From NCBI RefSeq assembly GCF_009914755.1, contig NC_060945.1: a DNA stretch of 64,000 bases; one strand, given 5' to 3'. Shown here in pieces: positions 34,641 to 47,606 of this stretch. This DNA comes from the human T2T-CHM13v2.0 reference genome, Homo sapiens. Below the pieces are notes generated by a model. That model saw nothing but the letters and a program-made list of their open reading frames with translations, was not told the DNA's origin and did no database searches. Both the position numbers and the translations under genes were made by a program. Each line of letters opens with the position of its first letter. Position 1 is the stretch's first letter.

Positions 34641-37411
34641 AGGCTGATGTGACTTTCCATCAGGAGAGAGACAGCCCCAGGTAGGTGTTTCAGATATCAC
34701 ATCCAATAGAACAAATTAAAGACAAACACCCTAAATTCTAGATGTTGATTTGTGAGCAAGTTATTTCTCCTATGGGCAACTCTAGTTGAAATATGCAATT
34801 CATTATGTTGAAACATGGAATTGTTATTTTCATAGGTTAAAAAAAAATCACATAGTGGCAATATAGTAGTAGTGCTCGTTTTTTGTTTTTTGTTTTTTTG
34901 TCAAAAATGCTAGACAACATGGAAGATCAGGGAAATATTAACAGTCTGATTCAGTAACCTTTAACAGCTTCTTTTCAGGTTACACAGGCTAAGCTAACTT
35001 TTATATCAGGATCAGGATCTGCAGAGTTATTAGTATAGTGCTCTGCAGATCCTGGTCCTAGTATAGCAGGATCTGCAGACCCTAGTTGTACCTGGCCATG
35101 TTCCCCACCAATGACTGAGAAAGAAATGGCTCGAACAGAAAACAGTGGTCTTGAAAGGCAACGCAACAGTAGGTTACAAATAGCATTAGCTTTTTCTTTA
35201 AAGAAATTCATTGTAACCAGTGAAGGATAAGATTTTAAATTAGAAAAATGGAAATCCTATGAATAAAAAACTAGTAAGCTTGAGAGCAGAATCACTGTGG
35301 AAAAAAAACAGATTGAAAAATAACTTGCAGGTATCATAGACAGGAAATTGCCACTAGAGAAAACAGGAAACTTGTGATAGATAAAAATGAAGTATTTTCA
35401 TTTGGAACAAGAGACCAACTGAAGAGAGATCAAGTGAAGGGGGTTTATTTTAATGAAACACAAAGATTCTTGTGGAAATCAAAGTGCCGGAGCCAGAAAC
35501 AGGGCTCAGCCTTCAAGATTAGAGCTGTATTCAAGTTGTTCAAGTTGGCTCTCGGTCCCAAAGCAACAGCAATGTCACTAAGGTTACAAGTAAAAGGTAA
35601 GCTTTCATGATCAAAATGTTTTTGCAAAGTAGCTTAAAATGGTTTCTGCAGTGTTTTGTCAAAACTTTTCTCATACATTTTCCTAAAGATATTTAGCAAG
35701 AGCCTAAGAAGTCATGTGCTAGGGATTTTCATTGTACTGAATGATTGTATCCTTTAAGCCGCTGCTGGAGTTAGGACTGACAGGAACGCAGTACAAATTA
35801 CTGGGGGCTAGAGTCCCAAAGCAGGCCAGGGACCAGTCTACATTGCATGTCGATACCAATCCCATATAACAATATTCAGCCTGTGTTTGGGCAGTCTGAG
35901 GCAGCTTTTAGCAGCTGTGAACCCAGTATCCATGGACAGTTTCATTTCTGGAGGGCAGTCTTCAAAACGTTTATGAAAGTACACCTCCCATTCAGATATG
36001 TTTTTTTCTTCCTACATGTAGTGCTAGTGTTTTTCTCATTTTCATTTACTTGAAACAACAGATCAAATGTTTTGTCATAATCAGTGAATGGCAAGACTCC
36101 CTTTATTACATGGGTATTACCATGTTAGAGATAAGAAGAGCTCTTGTAACCATTAACAACCACTACAATGTAGCAACTTACAGTTTCCTATTTTATATTG
36201 CAGCTCTGTAACATTTGACCACTTTTGTAAGAGTTTCATGATTTCAAGGATGATTATTAGCATTTTCAATTTTTTGGCCAATTCTGGGTGCTGGTAATGT
36301 TACCACTGCAGGCAACTATGGCTCTACTCAACTGAAGACCTCTTATAGGCAATGTGGACCATACCTGCTTTCCTGAGAGATCAGCAAATTGGGTTTGGTC
36401 ATCAGGAAATTCTGTCTCTCAGATCTCATACTAGCAAGGAGACCCCTGGTTGTACCTGTCAGAGCTGCCAGTTGGCCCTGCTGAAACTTTAGAACTGCAC
36501 CAATGTCTAAGACTTTCATCCTCCTTCCTTCACACAGGTGAGACCTGCCTGCCTCATTGTCTGACAGCTTTCCCAGCCTCCTCCAGGCTCCCCTCCGTTT
36601 TCTCTTATACGCATTCCCCCAATAAACTTCCTGTACATTTAATACCATCTCAGTGTCTGCTCCCAGGAGGACCCTAACTGACACACTGGGGCATTTAGCC
36701 TCCAATTCCTTTTCTCCCTTGGCTGAGATCTGTTCCAGGAAGTATCTCCAGGACACTCCAGCCTGTTGCACAGGCCAAAGAAAAGCCCTCAGGCAGAGGA
36801 GCAAATACTTGCAAGAGGACACCAGTGGCAAGAACAGGGACATGGTGAGACTTCGACATCATTGGCTACAGTAGTACTAGTCACTCTTGACTGTGGTTTA
36901 TGTTGTTTCAATAAAGTAGCTTTCCTTCTCAAAAACATTTGTCACCTATTTTGGAGTTAATTCAGAGGATTGCTCCAAAAGAAAAAACTGAAAAGCAAAA
37001 CCAGCTTTATTAAAATGTAACCCTCTGGATTTATCTTTTGATAATTCCTTTCATAAGAAATAATGTCCTTAAGCTATTTCAGGAATAAAAATGTTCTGCT
37101 TGGGATAGAAAAACCATTGTTTTATGTACCCTACATCAAATTCCTAGTGTGATGTTCAAACCCATTCCTGAAACCAATATAGCCTGACAGATTTCATAGG
37201 ATAAAAACTCTATTTTAAGAGTTCTTAAAAGCAGAGTAATTAGTCTAATGGGTTTGGAAATAATATGCAGTTTAAGGCCTAAATGATCTGTATGTGATAC
37301 AGATACATGTTTTATGTTTTATTCTACTTAAGATGAGGAATAGGTGTTCTGACTTTAATTCTACTTAGTAGGCCAGTAAGGTGTAATGAAAAATTCATCC
37401 AGAATGAATAC

Positions 37412-37753
37412 TGATTTGGTTTGGTTCTGTGTCCCCACCCAAATCTCACCTTGAATTGTAATAATCCCCACATCAAGGGCGGGACCAGGTGGAGATAACT
37501 GAATCATGGGGGGTGGTTTCCGCCATGCTGTTCTCCTGAGTTCTCATGAAATCTCATGGCTTCATAAGGGACTTCCCCCTTCCCTCAGCACTCATTTCTC
37601 TCTGCAGCCACCCTGTGAAGACGTGCCTTTCGTCAAGATTGTAAGTTTCCTGAGGCCTTCCCACCCATGCGGAACTGTGAGTCAATTAAACCTCTTTATA
37701 AATTACCTAGTCTCAAGTATGTCCCTATAACAGCGTGAGAATGAACTAATACA
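37412..37753 (+). mobile_element. THE1-type MaLR solo LTR
   Basis: TGATTTGGTTTGG.TCTGTGTCCCCACCCAAATCTCA...CTAATACA; 5-bp TSD aatac/aatat. Confidence 0.9.
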
Positions 37754-37914
37754 AATATGTAGGGATAAGATAAAATTAACAGAGCAAATACAGTGCATGA
37801 CACTGTTCTGCATATTATGTCCTGATCAAGGGTACACATGGGCCTGCTCACAGTCCCACTTTATTAGAGTCATTTGAAATGCTGCAAATTTAGTCGTCAG
37901 GAAAATACAACAAA

Positions 37915-38968
37915 GGATATATTTAAAAATTAATTTAATGCTTGGCTAAATCTTAATTACATATATAATTATCAAACGATAGTCCTTAATTTCCAAAAAA
38001 ATTCCTCTTTTGAAAATCACAGAATCAGAAAGCATAAACTTTAAAACAAGTTCTCTGAATATTTACAATGTGGTATAAACATTATAGAAGACCATGGATA
38101 TTAAATTGCCTGGGTGTGGCTAATCAGCAAGGCGTATTCTTTATTGCATATTTAACTCACATATGTGGGATTTTAAATATGACAGACTACTAAAATTCAA
38201 ATGCATGTATCTGCAAGCTGGGCAGGGAGTAAAATCATGAATGAGACAGGACGGTCAGCCCAAAACCATGCAATTAGGTTGTGGGTTTATTATTTTCAAA
38301 AGTGAAATTTCTATGTTCCATTTGAAACTATGTTGCATATTCATTTAGCATTCACATTAAACCCACATTTGACTCTAACGCTGATTCAAGGAAGAAAGTT
38401 CAACATTCACTCAATGACTAAGTCCACAACTCAACTCTCAATGTTAAGGCAGCACAGCTACAGTGATAGCAACGCTAACCAAAAGGTAATGAACATTTAG
38501 TCACTTGCCAGCCCTTTTGTTACAACAGTGTAGTAATTTCCCTAAGACAATTTGCTACCGGATAATTTTCTGCTGTTAAAAGGCTTCCTCTGTGGAAAAA
38601 CACCACAAATTTCCAGTGTGAAAGTAAGTCCATGGTGGTATAAATATATATATGCATAATTACACAATTTACACTGCACACATCGTTTACAGGGGACAAT
38701 TAACTGAGAGGGTTAATTTAAATGACCATACAAAATACTTCAGTAAACAAAGTATGACAGGCAGTAAAGAAAACATTCATAGACTCCTAGAAATAATCTG
38801 AATTCCTTTCATTCTGAAGAAATATCATTTAAGGACACAGTATTGAATATAATGTTTTTTGTATTAAAACAAGAATTGCTATTTTACAGTTTAAGAAACT
38901 TTACATATATACAAAATTTACACATTGGGAATGGTAATCAAGCAAATAGGTTTTTCAGTCTCATAGAT
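37915..38968 (-). other. PAXBP1: PAXBP1 3' UTR (end approximate)
   Basis: Repeat-free AT-rich stretch after the stop; poly(A) hexamers AATAAA at 38286-38291 and 38140-38145, ATTAAA at 37934-37939. Confidence 0.75.
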
Positions 38969-39086
38969 CTATTTTCCTTCGATCAAAGACTTAAATTCTT
39001 TCACATTGTGGTCACTTGCAACAGACATAGCATGATCCAAAGCTCGAACACTTGCAAGGAGTTTTACTATCTGTTTTATGTTTTCC
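38969..39086 (-). CDS. PAXBP1: PAXBP1 last exon, coding part (ENIKQIVKLLASVRALDHAMSVASDHNVKEFKSLIEGK*)
   Basis: Acceptor tcttttag|; TAG stop at 38969-38971. Confidence 0.96.
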
Positions 39087-39611
39087 CTAAAAGAAAAAAA
39101 TATAGCAGCATCTCATTAATTAGTATATCTAAGAGAAAATTTGCTACTGATTTCATGGCTATTTTAGAGCTTCTGCAATCAATTTTTCCAAGCACACATT
39201 TTCAAAGAAAGGAAACAGATATGCAAGCTACAGCATGTTAAAAAAAAAAAAGTTTACATTTATCCATATAGAACAAAACTTACATATGTTTAAATGACTA
39301 GCCCAGAGACAGGGGACCCATTTTAAAAAAGCAAAACAAAATTCATTGAGATCAATGAGTTTCATTAATATTGAGAAAGAAAAGAAAGCAATCTGTTTTC
39401 AAACTACTTCAGAGGCCTGTCTCCCATTCCTTCCCAAACCAGAGTCCTGGCTGTTTTAGCGTATACCTGGAACACAAATCGTTATTTGTGTCTCTTCATC
39501 ACCAATCTGTCAAGATCCAGCATAATTTCCACTCCACCAAAATTCACTAAATAAAGTATAATCTGACTTTCCTTATCACTCCAGCTAGAAGTCATTCTGC
39601 TTTCTTACTAG

Positions 39612-39782
39612 GAAGTAATCCTCAAATTTTAGCACACATTAGAATTACCTAGAGGATTGTTGAAATGCAGATCATCCCTGGCCCCACCCCAAGAGTTCTA
39701 TTCAAGAGGCCCAGAGTGGGGCCCCGAGAACTTGCAAGTCTATCAGACTCCCATGCCATGCTGATACTGCTGGTCCAGGGAC
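39612..39782. mobile_element. MER5A-like hAT MITE
   Basis: tcctcaaatttt..cacattagaattacct...gctgatactgctggtccagggaccacacttt. Confidence 0.7.
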
Positions 39783-40055
39783 CACACTTTAAGAATGACT
39801 GTTTTAACATTTAGCTTAAACCACTCACGAGAAACAAGACATAATATGACATTAGTAATTGTCTCATCTCTTCTACAGAATTGTAGTAAGCACCTATTAG
39901 GGAAGAATTAGAATTTGCAAAACTTTCCAACCCACATGAAACCTGCTTTATGTGCACTGCACAAAGCAGGTGCTTACATAGCTGTTAAAGTTCTTTTCTG
40001 TAGAAAAGTAAACACTATTTGTTGATATTTAACTTCCAAACAGAAACACTGTTAA

Positions 40056-40505
<450 letters not shown>

Positions 40506-41272
40506 TAAAATCTTTAATAGCTACTTTAATTTTATTGTGGAAAAAATATCCAATTTTCTTGCAGGAAAATAGGTCCTTTTTCAAGAAAGGGGAATGAGGG
40601 ATCAGAAGAAGGTTTTGTTATAGGGGTATGACTAATGGTGTGATCTAAACAAAAATTAGACTTTGACATTATGAAGATATATGAAATTAAAATTTTAAAA
40701 AGACAATTCCTTCAAACTGCCCTACTTAGTGTTATTATTTACTTTTTATGCTAGAGATTTATCCCAGAATTACCTGAACACCCATAAATTAATGTCCACA
40801 GAAAGGCTAATGGTTCACTCACTCTTTTCTTACAACCCTTGATAAAAATTAGAAATAAGTTGCCCCAAAAAGCCATGAGTGATAACCTCTAGTTCATAAT
40901 ATTGATTAAAACAAAAAATCTCCCCAAATTGGGAGATAAACTTGAATTTAAATCTGCATAATGAAACTCCAAACAAGAGAGTCTGAGACCTCTCTAATTC
41001 TTCAAAGAGGGAGACAGAGAAAACAACCGTTTACTCACTCCCCTGAGGGTTGGTCCTTACCAGAAGTCTTTCCTTAGTATCTTCATAAATAACATACTGA
41101 AAAAAAGTAAAAACTGCTAAAATGAAAAATTATGTGCATTTTTGGTAGGTTTATAATACTAAGTGAACATACAATTTAAACTAAAATATAAACATCTCTA
41201 CTTAAAACATTTTAATACTAAATCTGGCAACTAAACAACTCTAGATTACCATTTCATTAATTACAAAATTAC

Positions 41273-41427
41273 CTTGCATTTCTTTTTTCCACATCAGAAC
41301 ACCCGATACTATTTCTATAAATTGTATCCGCTAAGTGTACAAGGTATCGGCAAAAGTTTTCTAACTGAGAAATAGTCCTTTCTCCTTTCAGATTCATGAA
41401 CCATTGTTTGGGGAAACAATTGATTAC
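41273..41427 (-). CDS. PAXBP1: PAXBP1 penultimate exon (VINCFPKQWFMNLKGE...VEKRNA-R)
   Basis: 155 nt; GT-AG; phase 0/2. Confidence 0.95.
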
Positions 41428-42191
41428 CTGTGGAGAAGAAAGACGTAAAATAAAATAGTTAAGACAGAATAAATTAAAGTATTAAAAGCAAAGTCTAGTT
41501 AATGGGTATAAATGTATTTCACCAGAAGACGTGCTTCTGAGCTACAGCAATTACTCTGAAGAAATATTCTTTTAAATCTGACTTCCTACATTAACTAAAC
41601 CAATATACCTAAATTTTTACCCCAACCAATGGGTTAGGCACTCAAAGCAAAAGATAATCTGTCCAATATTTGAGTAAATTAGTAACATAAAACTGACAAC
41701 CAACTGCTTCATTTTCCAGTCTTCTAGGATGGCCTAAATATACTGAATTTCCTTTTCCAGCAGCTTTTGATGTAAAAATGAGTGGTATAAAAATGAAATT
41801 ACAGCACCCCCATCCCCTGCAATAATTCCACGAATAGACATCCATGCATGCTGCTAAGGGAAGTCGAGTTGGCCCAGACTGAGGTTAAGATAATAAGGTT
41901 ATTATTCTGAAATCAAAACTTTTATTTATACCTATAAAAATATCAAAACTTTCACTAATATCTATAAAAATATGGATATAGATGGATATATATATATATA
42001 ACAGTATGCATTTTTATGTAAAAAATGCTGTAGGGGGTTGGAACTACCTGGGTAGGCAAACTGTCAACCTTACATGCAAGTCCAGTAATCAAAGGGGTTT
42101 CATAAAATTCTCAAATCCCTCTTCAAACAAACAAAAACTTAATTCATTTTAAATTATATGCTTTAAAAACTGTACTATGCATTTAACTCAC

Positions 42192-42338
42192 ATTTTGGGC
42201 TTTTTTGATGCTGTCATCTCCATATTCTGAATTCTGAAAAGCCATGAGAATATATCGATTTAATAAACCATCTATTGATAACTCTTGCAGAGTTTTATTT
42301 GAGAAAATGCCATACCACTGAAGAAAATTGCCTAACAG
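42192..42338 (-). CDS. PAXBP1: PAXBP1 exon (LLGNFLQWYGIFSNKTLQELSIDGLLNRYILMAFQNSEYGDDSIKKAQN)
   Basis: 147 nt; donor AAT|GTGAGT; phase 0/0. Confidence 0.96.
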
Positions 42339-42431
42339 CTGGAAAGAAGAAAAAAAATAGGTAATGTGAAACAATTAGATTAGGTACAAAGTAAATAAGT
42401 TACATAGTAAAACACCATATGAAATACAGCA

Positions 42432-42741
<310 letters not shown>

Positions 42742-42759
42742 TTAATACTTTCAAAGGTA

Positions 42760-42908
42760 CAGATATTTCCTAGAATGGTTACATTTGAATATTCAATTTT
42801 AATTAGTCAAAATCGAAACAGCCACATGTAGCTAGTGGCTACAGCACTGGTCAGCACAGATACAGAACATTTTCCATCATTGCAGACAGTACTATCAGGG
42901 AGTGCTGA
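42760..42908. mobile_element. MER3/MER33-like hAT fragment
   Basis: agccacatgtagctagtggctac...acagaacatttccatcattgcaga. Confidence 0.6.
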
Positions 42909-43569
42909 GTCTTAGGTAAGTGTCCTCCATTCAAAATTACACTCTAGCTGGTTCTATGCACACCCCCACCCCGCCCCGCGCTGCCCACAAAAGATGGGAG
43001 AGTCTGACTACAACCCTGCATGGCTACCATGTATCATGAACTACAACCAAGTTATATCACTTATGCATCTCAAGCTACCCAAGCTCAATCAATATATAGA
43101 AAATGAAAGCTATCATCATAAAATGAAAGCCCCATCCCATCCCACCATAAAAACTTATAGTTTCCCAGTTGTTTCTCAACTTAGTAAATGGTAACACTAT
43201 TCAACCAGCTGCTTGCGCCAGAGGTCTGGAGGTCATTCCTGACCTCTCTCTCAAGTTGTGTGTCTCCACGACCATCCAGTCTGTCCATTTCCCTCAGTTC
43301 CTGCTGCCATCCTCCGAATCTGACCCACCTTAATCTCTTCAGAACCCTGCAGTTACTCCAGTGATTATGAGCAAGAGCACTGAGTAGCCTTTCTGAAGCA
43401 GGGCTCTGCAAGAGTTCTAAACCTACAGAAAATGATTTGTGTGGCTCTTTACTCAGTTCTCCCAAGAATGATACATAGCTAGTACTGTTACAGATGCAGG
43501 GGAAAAAGAAGAATTCATTATAGACAATGGAGGCCTTAGGGCATTAGGTATTAAGTCTCCCACAGAAGC

Positions 43570-43795
43570 CCAGTTAAGAAGAGCAGCTCAAGAGTCAGAC
43601 TGGCTGAGTTTGATTCCCATCTCTAATTACCAATGGAATGACCTTGTGCAGGTTATTGTGTGCCTCACTACCCCATCAGTAAAGTGAAAAAACAGCGTGT
43701 ACCTCATTGAGCCATTCTGAGGATTCAACAAGATAATCTATGTAAAAGGTGCGGGACAGTGCTTGGTACATAGTAAACACACAGTAAGTACTAGT
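43570..43795 (+). mobile_element. MIR SINE
   Basis: gagtcagac...tgaccttg...catcagtaaagtg...tgaggatt...gtgcttggtacatagtaa. Confidence 0.65.
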
Positions 43796-43923
43796 TCCCA
43801 TAAAATACACAATAAATACCAGTTCCCATTTTCACTATCACTATCCATACCTACTTCAATCTATTATCTCCACATAGCAGACAGAGTAATCTTAAAAATG
43901 GTAATTTATAGACCTGTGGTTAC

Positions 43924-44259
43924 GGCCGGGCGCGGTGGCTCACACCTGTAATCCCAGCACTTTGGGAGGCTGAGGCGGGCAGATCACGAGGTCAGGAGAT
44001 CGAGACCATCCTGGCTAACATGATGAAACCCCGTCTCTACTAAAAATACAAAAAAGTAGCCGGGCGTGGTGGTGGGCGCCTGTAGTCCCAGCTACTCGGA
44101 AGGCTGAGCCAGGCAATTTATGGCTGGGCACAGTGGCTTATACCTGTAATCCCAGTACTTTGGGAGGCCAAGGAAGGAGGACCACTTGAGCTCAGGAGTT
44201 TGAGACCAGCCTAGGCAACACAAGACCTCGTCTCTTAAAAAAAAAAAAAAAAAAAAAAA
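43924..44259 (+). mobile_element. 3'-truncated AluY followed by a FLAM/Alu monomer
   Basis: AluY stops at ...ggctgagccagg; monomer flanked by aggcaattt. Confidence 0.85.
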
Positions 44260-44345
44260 GGCAATTTGTTTACTTACCTTAAACCCTTCCATGACACATA
44301 TAGTTAACTGGTTTTCAACAAAGGCACAAAAGCAATTCAATGGAC

Positions 44346-44778
44346 TGTGAAAGGGAAATATCTTGGGCCTCTTCAAGCTGGGGACCCCGCTGAGGGCAAA
44401 TCTGCCTCCCATTCTATTCAAAGTCATCTCTCAGCTCACAGAGATAGATGCATATTCTGATTGCCTCTTCTGGAAAAACTTATCAGAAACTCCAAAGAAT
44501 GCAACCATCCCTCTCTCACCTACATGTGACCTGGAAGTCCCCAATGGGGGGGCCTTGCTTTGAGCTGTCTCCACCTTTCTGGATGGAACTAATGTATTTC
44601 TTACATATTGATTGATGTCTCGTGTCTCCCTAAAATGTATAAAACCAAGCTGTGCCCCGACCACCTTGGGCACATGTCATCAGAACTTCCTAAGGCTGTG
44701 TCACAGGTGTGTCCTCAATCTTGGCAAAATAAACTTTCTAAATTAACTGAGACCTGTCTCAAATTTTTGGTGTTCATA
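44346..44778 (+). mobile_element. Solo ERV1 LTR, MER4-like
   Basis: TGTGAAAGG...GTTCATA ends; 4-bp TSD GGAC; internal AATAAA. Confidence 0.8.
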
Positions 44779-45560
44779 GGACAAAGGAATTTTTGGTGTT
44801 CACAGAAAAGGCTATCGCCTTTTCAACAAATAGTGCTGGAACAAGTAAACCTTAATCCAGGCCTCACACCCTATAATAAAAATTAACCTGAAAAGAGTCA
44901 CAGACCTAAATGTAAAACCTAAAACTATGAAACTTCTAGAAGAAAGGATAGGAGAAAACCTTTGTGGCTTCATATTAGGCAAAGATTTCTTAGATATGAC
45001 ATCTAAAGCACAATCCATAACAGGAAAAAAAGATCAACTGGACTTCATCAAAATTAAGAACTTCTGCATATGGAAGACTATTAGAATGGAAAGATAAGCC
45101 ACAAACTGAAAAAAAAAAATCTGCAAATCATTTATATGATAAACGACTTCTCTCCAGAATATAGAATTCAATGCTTAGTAAGAATAAAGCCCAATTTAAA
45201 ACCTAAGCAAAAGATTTGAAGACATTTCACCAAAATACATAAACAAATTCCAAATAAGCACATGAAAACGTCCTCAACACTGTCATTAGGGAAATGCAAA
45301 TGAAAACCACAATGAGATACCACATTGCACCCTGTAGAATGACTTAAAAAGCAAAACACTGACAACAGCAAGTATGGTGGGAGTAAGGAATAACCAGGAC
45401 AGTAATAGGTTACTGGTAAGAACGCAAAATTATACAGCCACTTCAGAAGACAGCTTTGCCCGGCTGTTTCACCCAAATGAAATGAAACTTACATATTCAG
45501 AACACCCTTATAGAAGCTCTTACACCCTTATAGAAGGTCTGTTCATAACCAAATTGGAAA

Positions 45561-46191
45561 TGTCGGGGCCAAGGGAAGGCTTCCCCTTTGCCCTATGAAG
45601 TTTCGCTGAAAATTACTGACAAGAGGCAAATTAACAGGAGAAAAGGCATATAAATTTATTTGATCACAGTTTTATGTAACATGACAGCCTTCAGAATGAA
45701 GACCCAAAGATGGAGGAGAAATTGTCTACTATGTTTAGGTTTAACGAAATATGTACAGGCATGCAGAAACATGACTGGACAAAAAGGTATGATCTACTGC
45801 TCAAGAGAAGACAACACAAGGCCTGTCCGTCCAGATTCTTCTTGGCCTCTCTGAGCAGCATTCTTTCCTTCTGGGTATGGGGCAGGACCCTCTCTGGAAT
45901 GGGGGTTTTATGACCTATAATCAAACAAGGTAGGTCAGATGTTTTATGGCCAGTTTTTACACAGAAAGGCAGAGGCAAAATTAAGAGTAATATATTTAGG
46001 TTTTATGGTTGGCTTTGCGGAAAAGGGGTTCTGGTGTCTATGACCCGCCTGGGGCAACAGGGATTCTAGTTTCTATGGCAACCCTCAAGGGAGAACAGGA
46101 CTGGAAGGTGGGCAGGAGAAGGTCAAAGAAAAAGTTCTTCTAAGGCTGTTTCTGAGGCCTTCATTTTATGGTATTGTTTTCTGAGTCCCAA
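45561..46191 (-). mobile_element. Solo ERV1 LTR, MER31/MER67-like, same orientation as PAXBP1
   Basis: Minus strand begins TTGGGACTCAGAAAACAATACC..AAAATGAAGGCCTCAG; AATAAA then U5 ending ...CCCCGACA. Confidence 0.75.
45801..45914 (-). CDS. PAXBP1: PAXBP1 alternative terminal exon inside an LTR (VIKPPFQRGSCPIPRRKECCSERPRRIWTDRPCVVFS*)
   Basis: Acceptor ttgattatag| in phase 0 after ...WSSVK; 37 codons plus TGA; LTR AATAAA at 45655-45660. Confidence 0.7.
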   Translation of the reverse strand, partial: VIKPPFQRGSCPIPRRKECCSERPRRIWTDRPCVVFS

Positions 46192-46977
46192 GAGAAACAA
46201 TCCAAATGTCCCTTAATTAGGGACTAAATGAAAACCAAAACCTAACTCTGGTGCACCTACACAGCAAGGCTGAACCTCAAATTTATTCAGTGGAAGCAGC
46301 CAGACTCAAAAGACTTTGCCTATCATGTAATTCCCTTCTCTTCATAGGACATAGACTGGGAGGTGGCCAGGGGCTTGTGGTGACCTTGACTACAAAAGAG
46401 AATGGGGAATTTCTCAGGACAATAAAAGTTGTACATATCTTGATTTTGGTAGTGATAACATGGCTGTATCTGCTCATCAGAATTTACAGAACTATACACT
46501 AAAAAGAGTGAATTTTACCGTATGTAAATTATACCTTTTATTTTTTTTTTAAGGAAAAAATCTTCCTGTGACTTCCTACAACTTTTGGGATAAGGACCAA
46601 AGTATTTCAAATGACCTACAAGATCCTCTATCATCTGGACTATGGACTTACTTGCTCACTCCAGCTGTCCTATGCTTTCTTCAGCGCCTCCAGTGTAGCC
46701 TGCTCTCTTTCACCTCAGGGCTAACTTCTATTTTTTCTCCAGGTCGAATGATCTAAATATCACTTCCTCAGGGTGGAAGGAAATCTTCTGGGACTAGCTA
46801 GTCAAGGTCTCTGTGCCCCTTGTCATATGTTCCACATTACCTTGAATGTCCCCTTTCATAACTCATCACACCTGAGATTACCTATTTGTTGTCAACTGTG
46901 CTGGACTGTGAACTCCACAAAGATTCCACTTCTAGCTTACTCAGTGCTATATCCCCGAACCTCAGAAGAGTATCTGC

Positions 46978-47268
46978 TACAGCAGTACTCCTTATCTGTG
47001 GTTTCAGTCAGCTGTGGCACAGTACAATAACATATTTTGAGAGAGAAACTACATTCATATAACCTTTACCACAGTATATTATTAATAACTGTTCTATTAT
47101 TAGTTATTGTTAATCTCTTACTGTGCCTAATTTATAAGTTAAACTTTATCATAGGTATGTATGTAGAGGAAAAAACAGTATATATAGGGTTCGGTACTAT
47201 CTGTGGTTTCAGGTAGCCACTGGGCATCTTAGAACATATACCCCATGGATACAGGGAGGACTACTGTA
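46978..47268. mobile_element. Tigger-derived MITE (MER44-like)
   Basis: Terminal inverted repeats cagcagtactccttatc / gatacagggaggactactg, TA-flanked. Confidence 0.65.
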
Positions 47269-47539
47269 GTCTACTTGCTGAAAAAATTAATTGTGGCTTA
47301 GTCAGGCATTTCGTTGAGTACGATGGACCTTACTTTGGAACTCAGAAATCACTTTCTCCTGTGAAAATATCAAACTTGAATGAACTTTTGGAATAAAATA
47401 CTTTGTAAAATGGAGATTTTGGGTATAGATATAAACAGATCTAAGCCTATGGAGTTAATAAAAAACAAAACACTCTAAAAAATGTAATATATGAAGTCAA
47501 ACGAAATCTGAGTCTTTTAGATAGTCTATGGACACGTAC

Positions 47540-47606
47540 CTTAACTGAAGACCAAAACTGTCGTTGAAAAAACAAGTAAGGCCCAGAATTTTTATTTTCT
47601 AAGACA
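47540..47606 (-). CDS. PAXBP1: PAXBP1 exon (VLENKNSGPYLFFQRQFWSSVK)
   Basis: 67 nt; donor AAG|GTACGT; phase 2/0. Confidence 0.95.

Larger units (their letters stand above)
44290..46555 (+). mobile_element. Old L1M ORF2/3' fragment split by two LTR insertions
   Basis: ttttcaacaaaggc...gacctaaatgtaaaacctaaaactatgaaacttctagaag...gtgaattttaccgtatgtaaattatacct. Confidence 0.75.
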
